In this document: in pieces, positions 40,801 through 52,800 of the stretch
Position numbering within the stretch: position 1 is the stretch's first letter
Layout: each line of letters begins with the position of its first letter
NCBI RefSeq assembly: GCF_018977255.1
Contig: NW_024704742.1
Coordinates: 57,848,001 to 57,912,000 of the forward strand
Source: Callorhinchus milii
Taxonomy: Eukaryota
Direction of reading: 5' to 3'
Length of the DNA stretch: 64,000 bases
Made by a program: the position numbers and the translations under genes
Notes under the pieces: generated by a model
Seen by the model: the letters and a program-made list of their open reading frames with translations, nothing else
What the model was told of the DNA's origin: nothing
Database searches by the model: none

Positions 40801-43800
40801 GTGGGGGGGCGGGTTGCTGTGGACCCGTGGTTTCCAGATGAACAGCACACTTCTGAGTTCCAGCACAGACCTGCTGGCTTCCTGCACTAAAATTAGCTGC
40901 TGACATCACTATCTGCATGTAAGATATTTGTAGCATACAGGAAGAGGCATTAATGACATTTCCTGATATCGCATGTGCGTTCAATGCACAGGAAGTGATG
41001 CCAGTGGCAACCTGGTAACCATAACGACATCCATGCTTTCATACTCTGTTTTAACACAACTACTAAGATATTAATAATTATAACCTTCCATCCTCTGTGC
41101 CTCTGCTGAGCCTTTGATGGGCCTTTCTATAATAAGACACCAAAGTTGGCCTCCAAACTGTATCTGGACAATGTACGTAATTGGGATACTTTCACCTGAC
41201 ACTTATTAGGCATTGTGAATGGAAGACAAGCTGTTAACAAAACTTGTCTCTAGATTCTACATAATTCTTACAAGCAAATGCTAGAGGATCAAATGCGGAA
41301 AGAACTCTACGTAGCCCGTTAGTCAGTATGACTGGGAAATGGGAGATGTACAATCGTGGTTCATGGCTCGCACTACATTGAAACAAATCTAATATTAGCC
41401 AGTAAGTTATTGGAGAATCTTTAAGTAATGGGTCCTGTTCCAGGATTATATTAATTCCATAAATAATGTGATATTTATGTCTTCTTTTCCATTTAGTTTT
41501 TCTCTTTGTTTACATTCTTTTAAGTTTCTTTGATTTTTGGCCAATTTTCCCTCCTGATCTTCTGAAGTAGTTTTCCTCTTTGTTTACATTCTTTTCTGTT
41601 TCTTTGAATTTTGGCCAGTGTTCTTTCCTATCTTCCTGAAGGAGGTGACTCTTATAGTTATATGGACTTTACCTATCCACCAGTACCTTACCAAGTGTCT
41701 ATTCTTCAAGTGTGTGCCGAGATAGTATGTGTTAGTGGGCTATTGTCAGCATCCTCCTGGAAAATACATAGTCACTACACTTTAGTAAATCCTGGGAAGC
41801 CCTTTGAGACATCCTCCTGACATGAGAGGTGCTATGGGAAATGTAAGTGTTATTATTAGTATTATTATCATTGAACCATTGGCGATGTCATAATGTAGTC
41901 TTGACTAGATGTCCACAATTCCCAAAAGGATCACTAGACAGTGATGGAGAGAATAACCTTTAGCTGATTTGTTCTCTCCCTCGCCCAGGGGTGCTTAGGC
42001 CAATTGTAATTGCTATGGTTCCTCTGGATGAAATCATATTAATATGTATATCCAACATCCTCACCTCATAGTGTCTAGTTGTGCACTGGGTCCCATTGGG
42101 AGGGGGTTGCAAATGCAACAACAACAACAACAAGATTCCATTTATTGAGTGCCTTTCACGTCGGGAGGACGTCCCAAGGCACTGTACAGTTGGGTCAGGA
42201 CCCGAGCAGGGGGGAAATGGTCAGGGTGAGGGGAGGGAAGGGAGGGAGCGAGGAGGGGGTAGAGAGTCGAGAGGGGAGCTGAAGGCACGGTCAAAGAGAA
42301 AGGTTTTGAGACCGGCCTTGAAGGAGGAAAGGGAGGAGGCGGCGAAGGCACTGGGGGATAGAGGTGCAGAGCCTAGGGGCTGAGAGGCTGAAGGCCCGGC
42401 CACCGATGGTAGGGCGGTTGGGGCGGGGGATGTGGAGCAGACCGGAGTCAGAGGAACGGAGGGTAAGGGCAGGTAGGTAGGGGGATAGTAGGTCGGAGAG
42501 GTAGGAGGGAGCAAGGCCGTGAATGGCCTTGTAGGTGAGGATGAGGATCTTGAATTCGATCCTCTGGGGGATGGGGAGCCGGTGGAGGCGAGCGAGGACA
42601 GAGAGATGACCTGAGGAATATCTTCTGAGCAAATATTTAGATGCAATTAACCCAGTCCCAACAGAATTGAAAAGTTATTGTCTCTTTACAGAACAACAAT
42701 TTAGGAGTTCATATATTTCACACAGTCATATGTCTGCAGCATGCAGATTCCAAATATCATCCACCTAACATTTACAACAATAACAAAATGCATTTATACA
42801 GCACTCTTCATGAGGGGTAGGATCTTGGAGTGGCTAACTGTGGTGGAGGAGGACACCAAGCTGGGTGAGGGGGGAGGTGACCATAGTCACAGTCAAAGAG
42901 GAAGGTGTTCAGGTGTGATCTGAAGATGGGGAAGGAGGCGGCAAGGCAGTGTGATTGAGGGTGATAATTCCATAGAAACCTGAAAGAACAGTTGCTGATG
43001 ATGGTGCGGAGAGGATGAGGGACATGCAGCCAGCTGAGCAAGGGTGGCATGTAGTGGAGTGGGTGTAACCAGCTTGGGGAGGTAGGGAGTTAAAGTGATC
43101 TGGGCATGAATTGATCTGTATGCAAGTGTTAGGATGTTGAAATTGATCTGTTGTACATCAAAGAGCCATTGGAGCCTGGCAAGGACTAGGGTGACATGGG
43201 GTATGGAGTTTGGTGCAGGTGAGGATACCTGTCATAGGTTAGGTTATGCACAGTTCAGTCAATCTGAGAGATAGGCTGAGGAGGTTGGAGCCACAGATGA
43301 GAACAAGTAAGTGGGTGCCAAGGCGTATGGCTTCCGTCTTTTCAACATTAAGCCCCAAAAATTACATTCCATCTTGCAATATATTTTTTATTCATTATAA
43401 GAACTGTAGTTTTACCTATCTGATACTTGTCCTGAGATTATTGCACCACATAGGTTTCCGAGGAAAATCATGGACAATGACATTGGCCCTTTCCAGTCAT
43501 TGTCACAGACTAGATCCCACTGAAAGAAACAGAAAAGAAAGGGTTCATATAATTTCCATAGGGTAAAACATTTGTTATATGAAAATCTGGAAAATTGCTC
43601 CGAAAGGAAATTATTTTAACTAACTTTTTCACAAAAGGACCCAATTTGTGATATTTGCTAAATGCTGGAGAGAGATTATTAATAATAATAATCCTTGTAT
43701 CTGATATAGGTCCTTATCACATCTTCAAGCTGTCTCAAAGTGCTTCACAGAATATACTATAAAGTGAATTGACAGTATATCTTGTGTGTGAAATGGGGCA

Positions 43801-46800
43801 GCCAATTGTGCAGAGCAGTGTCTCACAAAAAGTTGTGGATTGAATGACCAAATTATTTTAATTTATTTTGAAGCAACTAATACCCTTTGATTGGCGGAAA
43901 CGTGATGCGCCAATCGTCTGACAACCGGGTTCCTACTAAGCAGAGGCATGTGGAGAAAGGAAAATTGCCCAACATATTGCCCTACCCATCAAATCTTGGT
44001 CCTCAGTTGCAAGGCGAGTGCTCTAACCACTAATCTACAGGATTCCACCTCAGTTGACATTTGCCCTATTTATTAGCATTTTAGACCATCCAGAATTTAG
44101 CAAATTGTTGAATTGAGTTTGAACTTTGAAAGACCTTTTCTGTAATTCTTCAAAGAACGTACAGAAAACCAAAAATCAAAATGCTGCAGATGCTGGAAAT
44201 CTGAAATAAAAACAGAAGTCACTTTGAACATGAAGCAGGTCATGCAGCACCAATGGAGAGAGGAAAATGAGTTAACGTTTCAGGTCTATGACCTTCATCC
44301 AAACTGGATTCTGATGAAAGATCATGTACAGAAAAAACAACTTTAAAATAAAACCTACGTTTAAAAATTTGCCAAATCCTGGACTTTCAAAAATACAACA
44401 TCAATGAGTAAACCTAGACCTAGGTGGAATTTCTCTTCAGCCATTTTGATGTGCTATTTGTGACTCCTGGCTACAAACATCAAAAGCCAGTTAACTTGTG
44501 TGTAACATCGCAAAAGAGCTAAGTGTGAATTCCACAAGGTAGCAAAGTCTGAAAAAGAGGCCAGAGAGTAAAACAATTTCTGCCCTCCAATACTCTCCCT
44601 ACCAGCAATTTCCTGAAGATAACAAATATAAGATAAGAATACGCTTGATTTTAAGAGTTGCTTTCCTAAATACTCTAGCATGTAATTCACTTGATTTTTC
44701 TGGTCATTTGGATGTTTAACACACATGGAAACCCATCACCATGGTTAAGAGTGTCCTAACCAGACTGAGAGTTTCATGTATGCCATGTACACTTGGAACA
44801 TCCTCTGTTTGGAATGGAATATACTCTTTTTCCCTAGGATGCATTGTGCTAACCTAATTCTGGAAGGTAAGTAGAGGCTAGTCGGTGCAGGTTTGCATGA
44901 GCCAAAGCTTGAGCAACCAGGAGTGGGTGTTATGGTACTACTGGAGTTTAACTTTGAGAAAAATATAAGGCCTGCTATTGAAAGACTGGGGGCACAAAAC
45001 AAAAAGGTATTGGGATCAGATGGATTATTCTCCTTGGGATGCCAGCTTGAGGGGTTAATAGGAGCTGAGTGGAAAAATCCATGCCCCCAATTAATGATTT
45101 AGCCCTCCAAGCCCTGCCACTCCAAGTCCTACCGATGAGCCAGGCTGGCTGATCTGTCATCAACAGTGCCCTGGAATATAAAGGAACAGCCTTCCTTAGG
45201 AACCAGATTAGTGAGACTAGCACTAAAGGTTGGCTCTATTCCAACATTCTGTTGGCCATGCATGTCAACTTGGAGCCAGTTCAGCTCCAAAGGGAGCCTG
45301 CTAACTGGCACCCCAAGGAGAATAATCCATCTGATCTCAATGCCTTTTTGTTTTGTGCCCTCAGTCTCTATGTCACCTCTTTATTTGTTCACACTTTTCT
45401 GTTTGCCATTTCCTTTTCTCATGTTTAATTGACAACCTAGTTGTTTGATTGTTTTTTGTATTTGGATTTTAATGAAGCTCTCCTTCAAAGTTCAAAGATA
45501 TGATACTACATCCAATGGTTCTTGTGTCTGTTTATTTTGTTTCTCATATGATGTCTGCTTAATTCATCTGTCATATTAGTCCTTTGCCTTTCTTGCAAAG
45601 GATTATTGGATTTCTGAAGTTTTGGAAGCTTTTTGTTGATGATTCCATTCTACATGCATCAATTTCCTTCTGATTGCTTCATCCCATTTAACAAGCAATG
45701 GCTAAATTACTGAAGCATGCAATTCAATAAGACAATGAAAATCTTGTTTCTTTTCCACAATTCAAATATGCAGTTTCTGCACGTCTTTGCCAATTGCAAG
45801 ACACAGCTTCAGACTTAATCCTTCATCAATTGACATTCATGACCTCACTATCCCCTTATCTTAGAAGAACTTTTCCATTTAATAAATTGGTGAAGGACTC
45901 CCAAGGAAGTCCCTTTCTCCTTTCATGCTGTACAATTATTTCACCCTCAACAGCTTTTAAATCTATAAAGCCTGATTGTCTCCAAGACTTGAATACTGTT
46001 CCAACATTTGAAGTGGTCTTTCTAGCCCCTTTCACAGTACTCTGGACATGTTAGAAAAGCATATTATCCTACAAATAAACCCATCTCTCTACCCGAGACC
46101 CCATTCTTTCTCATTCTCTCAACCATAACCTTTTTATATTTTTGCTATTTTGTTAATATTGCTAAGGTCATTGTTCCTTTAAACTTTCCTTCTGTGTTTC
46201 TGCAAAGCTTCACTATCCACCATACATTCTCTTCCTCTTTCCTGAATCATCTCTGAATTCAAATCAAAAACAGTCTCTGATGCCCATTCTTTACCAGATT
46301 TCAAGATGTTGAAACTGTTTTACCTCCAATAATCCTTTTAAAACCAAAGCTTGTTAGTTATCTGCTACTTATCTCCAAAATATATAATACTCTCCCTTAC
46401 TCTTCTGAAACTTAGTGTTGGACCTACATGTTGTGTCTTCCCTCATTCGTCTCCTTTGACACGTCACTCTTTACCATTTCTCCAATCTCTCCCTAAAAAT
46501 TCCCCTCATCTTTTGCTCCCTGCAAACTCTCCAGCACTTTCCTCTCCAACATCTCCTCCCTCTATCTTCCCTCAGCCTCTACTCCAAACGCCTCCTCGTC
46601 TTGGGTAACTTCAACCTCCATTTTATTTCTTCTTGCTCCATCTCTGCTGACTTAGCCTCCCTTCTCTCTTTTCTTGATCTCTCCCTTCACTTTAACTCCA
46701 TCAACCACATCCATGGTCATCCCCTTGACTTGGTGATTACTTGGGGCTTTATCATCTTAGATATCACCATCAATGTTGACCACTCTATCCTTCTCCACCA

Positions 46801-49800
46801 CCTTTCCTCTCTTCACGATTCTGTTATTTCCTGGATTCAATTTTACCTACCCCAACTTCTCCACTTCCTATCTGCCAACGGCTTCTCCGCCCGATCTTGT
46901 ACCATCACATGCGCCTCTGTCCTCAGCCCTCTCCTCTAATATCTACATGCTTCCACTTGGTGATGTCATCTGAAGGAATGGGGTTAACTTCCACATGTAT
47001 GCGGATGGCACCCAACACTATCTCTCTGCCTCCACCCTCAATTTCAGCTATACAGCTGTTCTGGTTAATTGGCTGTCAGACATCAAGTCCTGGATGAGAA
47101 CTAACTTTCTCCAGTTGAATGCCGACAAGATAGATGCTCTCCTTTGGGCACCTATAAGATTCTTCTAACCTAAGGTGCTGATAGCATCAATCTACACAGA
47201 TGCACTGAGGCAATGCAGAATCTCAGTGACTTGATTGACTCAACTGCCCTTCAAACTCTGACACACTCAGTTTTTCCGAATGTCTGTAGCATTGCCCATC
47301 TAAGCCACTATCTCTCCCTTTGGGTACCATGGCCCATATCCATACATTGATCACATCCACACCAATTCTCTGAAAGCTGTAGATGCCAACTCTTCCCTCC
47401 ACAAGCTGCAGACCATCCAGAATTCTGCAGCTTGTGTGCTCTCCCACATTAGGTTCCATGAACCTAACCCATCATTGCTCTGCTCCACTGCCCCCCTCCC
47501 TACTCCTCAGAGGAGGAATTCAAGATCCTAATTCTCGCTTTTTAATCTCTCCACAGTTTTGCCCCAACCTATCTTTGTGACCTCCTTAAACCATATTAAT
47601 CTACAGGCTCCCTCCATCCCCTGGCTGCCTGCCCCACTATCGGCAGTTGGGCTTTCAGTATATCTACCGCCCTTGGGAACTCCAACCTTCTGTCACTTTG
47701 TTCCCTCCAATCGCACTCTGCTTGGTCCTCACTATGCCCAAATCTAACCACCAGCTTGAATGCTAACCTTTGACTGTCTATTGCCTTGGGACAGCCTCCT
47801 GACATGAAAGGAGCTATATCAATGCAATTTGTTGTTGTTGTTGTTTTGTTAGTGCATTCAAGATTTTAGATTTAAAAATGATGTAATAATAATCCTTTAA
47901 AAGATATCATCACCTTTTATGTCTAAATGACATCTCTAAGATTCACAAGATTTACTGTAAAATGTAGTGACTGTGTATTTTGTAGGTGAACATGGCAGCC
48001 AATTGATACACCGAGTCCCATAATTAGCCATGAAGTGAATGCTTAATTTCATCTGCAGAATTGTTGGCCAGAACACAAAGAGCAACTCCCTTCTCTTTTC
48101 AAATTGTGCAATGGGATCTGAACAGTTAACATCTCAACAACAAAAACAACTTTTATTTATGTAGCGCCCTTCATGCAGGGTAGCATCCCAGAGCACTTGA
48201 CAGTGGCGGAGCATGATGCTGAGCTGGGGCAAAATGACCGTAAGCACGGTTGAATAGGAAGGTCTTCAGGCATGACCTGAAAATAATGATCATAATAATA
48301 ATCCTTGCATTTGATGTAGTGCCTTATCATGTCTTTGAGATGTCTCAAAGCGCTTCGCAGAATATGCCGTAAAGTAAATTTACTGTATATTCTGCGGGCA
48401 AAATGCGGCAGCCAATTGCACACAGCAGTGTCCCACAACAGTCGTGGATTGAGTGAACAATTTATTGTTATTAATATTTTTGAAGGAATTATTACCCCCA
48501 GAAAAGCGATCCGCCAATCAACTAACAACTGGGCTCCTACTTACTGCTAGGTAAACAGAGGCGTGTGGAGTAAAGAAACTTGCTCACGCTTCGCTCTGCA
48601 GGAATCTAATCCAGGTCTCCCTCTTGGGAAGCGAGTGCTTTAACCACTGAGCTACAGGACTCCACAACTACTTCTGCCTGTTCAGATGGATGTTAAAGGT
48701 CACGCATCACTATTCAAGAAGAGATTTTTATCCATAGACACTCATATTTTTCTATTTAATTTGTCACAATTGATTGAAACAAACACACTTTTTTCCTGAC
48801 ATCCAACAACACGCAATGAGCAATGCGGGAAGCTACTCATTTCAGACTAACTGTTCTGGGATTTTTTTTCCATTGTAGGCCAATTTCATTTCAGTATGAA
48901 ATACTCAGGCTACATGCACATTTATTTTTAAATTTCTGTTTCTATTAGCCAAAGGTTTGAGTGAGTCAGCAACCCCAAAATAAAAAAGCCACATTTTCAG
49001 GCACATGTCTCTTTCCCCAAAAATAAAATCTGGAATATCAAATTGAGCTGAATATTTCTGGTGAAGATTTGTAACACTGAGAGATTCAAGCTATTTTCTC
49101 TGATGTTGCACTTCCCTAACTCATGTACATTTAGTGTCATAGATTGGTTTAATAAATTAATTTAATAAAATCTTCAGCAACTGATAGTGTTAAAACAGAG
49201 TTGTATTTAAAATAACCTACAGCTTAAAATTCATTTGATGAATCAGGCAGTATTTTTAGAATCAAGGGACCACAGATTGCACAATCCAGAGACATACTGA
49301 ACGCATGCAGAGACAGACTCATAAATCAAACGCTTTATTGCTACATGGGGAAAATCTTAGATGCCTATCAGAAACAACAACAACAACTTGCATTTATATT
49401 GCGCCCTCACAGGGGCAGCGTCCTGGAAGGCTTGACAGTGGTCGAGTCTGACTCTGAGCCAGGGGGAGAGGGAGGCAGGAGGTGATCATAAGCACAATCA
49501 AAAAGGAAGTTCTTTAGGTGGGATTTGAAAGTGGGGAGGGAGGGGGCAAGGCAGAGGGGATTGAGAGAGAGAATTCTAGAGTTTCAGGGCATAGTGGCTG
49601 AAGGCACTGCCACCTATGGTGGAGTGCAGGGGATGAGGAACATACAGGAGGCTGGAGCCATCCGAGCGGAGGCAGCGGCTGGTGGGGGGGTAAGCAAATC
49701 GGATAAGTAGGGAGGTGAGAGGGCTTGAAAGGATTTGAAAATGAGTGAGAGGATCTTGAAATTGATCTGTTCAGTAATTGGGAACCATTGGAGATTATCA

Positions 49801-52800
49801 AGGACTGGTTTGATGGGAGTTTTGTGCAGGTGAGAATTCGGATAGGGCGTTTTGAATTAATTGGAATTTGTGTATTGTGAAGTCCACTGAGGAGGGCATT
49901 GGAATAGTCCAGCCAGGAAGTGACAAAGGCCTGAACGAGGGTTTTGGGTGCTTTTGTTGTGAGGTATGGACAGAGGCAGAAAATTGACGTAGGTGGAAAA
50001 AAGTGGTCCTGGTCAAGGTACAGATGTGAGGTAGAAAGGAAAGCTGGGAATCGAACCTGATGCCAAAGTTGGACATGGGTTCGGTGCGTCTGAGGGAGAA
50101 CCCAGTGAGGTTGAGGAGTTCAGACCAGCAGACATTGATGGGAGCCAAAGTGAATGGCTTCTGTCTTGCCGACATTCAATTGTTGGAAATTTGCACTCAT
50201 CCAGGCATTGATGTCCGTCAAACAAGCTGACCGGACATCAGGGGACTAGGAGTCGCAGCTGAAGGAGGAGAAGTAGATTTGGGTGTCATCCGCATACATG
50301 TGGAAGAAACAGACAAGACAAGACAAACTTCTTATTAAGGACCCCGGAGGAGTACAGGATCATTAGTTTTGACAGTTGGTGTCCTGCATCGCCTCTCGTA
50401 TCAGCCTGGCGCTAGTGGTAGGACTCTCGTGTCTGAGTCAAAAGATTGCGGGTTCAAGCCAATATGGAGACTTGGAATCACATGGACTAAACTGACACTC
50501 CAATGTAGTGCGGTGTTGCATTAAAGGAGGTGCTGTCCTTCGATGAGACATTAAACCAAGATTCCATCTGCCTGTTCAGGTGGATGTTAAAAATCCCATG
50601 GCACTATGAAAAGAGAACAGAGTTTCTCCTGGTGTCTTGACCAACAATCCCCCAAATAAAATTAGTCACTCACTCCATGGCTGTTTATAGGACATTGCTC
50701 TGTGCAGCTGGCTGCCGCATTTCACCTACAAAATGCACAGTCACTCCACTTTACAGTATATCCTGCAAAACACTTGAGATGTCTCAATGACGTTATATCA
50801 AACGCAAGGAGTATTATTATTATTATTATTAATGGAACTCTTGCTGATGGTTCCTAACCTGCTCTGGTACTAACCAATGGGGTATCTCTCAAATACTAAC
50901 CAATGGGGATCTATCACTTTAACAAAAACAGAAAGAGCTAGGAAAACTCAGCAGGTCAGGCAGCATCTATGGAGAAAAGAAAGTGAGTCAACATTTCGGG
51001 TCCATGACCCTTCGTCAGAACGGTTCTGATGAAGGGTCGTGGACCCAAAACGTTGACTCACTTTCTTTTCTCCATAAATGTTGCCTGACCTGCTGATTTT
51101 CTCAGCTCTCTCTGTTTTTGTTTCAGATTTCCAGCATCTGCAGTATTTTGTCTTTTGTTGGGATCTATCACTTTTGCTGGTTGATACTCATACCTGTTGG
51201 TATTTAAGTCAATATCAAGATTGTCCAGTGGATATATTTAGCTACCTTGTTATGTCTATACTCCGATGGTTCTAGGCATGAATATAATCACAATGTGTGG
51301 TTTGCTGTTTCTGGTGCTTCACAGTTATTATTAATATTAGTATTAAAGTTATTATCGGCGCCTTGGGACATCCTCCCGACGTGAAAGGCACTATATACAA
51401 ATGTAACTTTATATTGTATTATTATTATCACTACTAATATTACCAGCCTCTGTCAGGTCTGTCTGACAGGTTTCCAGCAAATGTCAGGCCTCTCTCACAG
51501 ACTACCTGCCCCTTTCAGTCCCAAACTCCATCCCTCTTAGGTTCCACTGCAAAGCTCCCTCCAGTGTGACCTTATAGCTTAAGTGCCAGGCTGGCTCAGG
51601 TGGTAGCACTCTCACCTATGAGTCAGAAGACCTTCTAGCCCTCTCAGACATATCTTGCAGGTTCTGGCTCCTCTCAAGCCTTTCTCTAAGCCCCCAGACT
51701 CTGTCCGATCTCTTTGTCAGGCCTCTCTGTCAAGCCTGGTTGTCATTTGTTCTGCCTAGTATTTGTCTGCTTGTGATCATGCAGGATGAGACTTCATAAG
51801 TCTAAGGTGATCTCACTTCTAATACCAGTGTACAATATCCCCGAGGGTTTGCCAAGCCAGACAGATATTGAATAACCAAAGCAACTGACATGGTTCATGA
51901 ATCACATGGTATATTTATACAGGGGGAAACCTTAGTGGCTCTAACAACAAATTCGAACAAACCTAGTACAACAATCAATGTCTTAAAACACCTATTTCAA
52001 CTCACACAGTTCCCACCCTGCTCAGATTCTCAGTGACATGGTCCTGCCATGCAGCTCAGCATCAGCCTTTCCTTTGTTTTCCCTCTTTCTCAGAGAGTGA
52101 CCTGGCCTTGGGTCAGAACTTTAATATGACCCAAGTTCCACCCTTTCAGACCCACTGCAAAGCCCCCTCTGATGAGGCTTAGGTGTCACGCAACTCTCAC
52201 AATAACAACAACTTGCATTTATATAGCGCCCATCACGCATGGTAGTGTCACCCCTGAGTCAGAAGGTTGTGGGTTCAAACCCCACATCAAGACTTATTAT
52301 TATTATTTGGTCTAGGCTGACACTCGAATGCAGTGTTAATGGAATATTGCATTGTTGAAGATGCTGTGCTTTAGATTCAATCAAGGCCTCGCCTGTCTGT
52401 TCAGTTGGATGTTAAAAGATCCCATTGCACTATTGGAAAAGAGAAGGAAGTTTCTCAACAATTTTCCGATCTATGAAGTGCTGTGAGATGCCTCAACATG
52501 ATGATAAATTAAATACAAGGTTTGTAATAGGTCTGGGGGACACACACACCACATCACTGCTATACAAATGTAATTCGTTGTTGTTAAACCTTGTTACATT
52601 TCAGTCTAGGTTTTCTTACTGTAGCAAATATTAATTTACCAAAATTATAACATTGAAATATAAAAACAAACAATTATTGTCCTGCTGGGTGGTCCCAAAG
52701 TAAAAACAAATTATAATCCTAAATTTATCTAAAAAAAAATTAACTTATTTAATATTTGTTTTTAAAAAGCAAACTAATTTGCAAAAATAATTTTCAAAGG

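Larger units (their letters stand above)
50921..51159 (+). mobile_element. Penelope-like palindromic mini-element with two head-to-head hammerhead motifs
   Basis: About 100-bp inverted arms 50921-51020 / 51024-51122 with a 3-nt loop; 15-bp TSD gggatctatcacttt (50906-50920 / 51160-51174). Confidence 0.8.
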
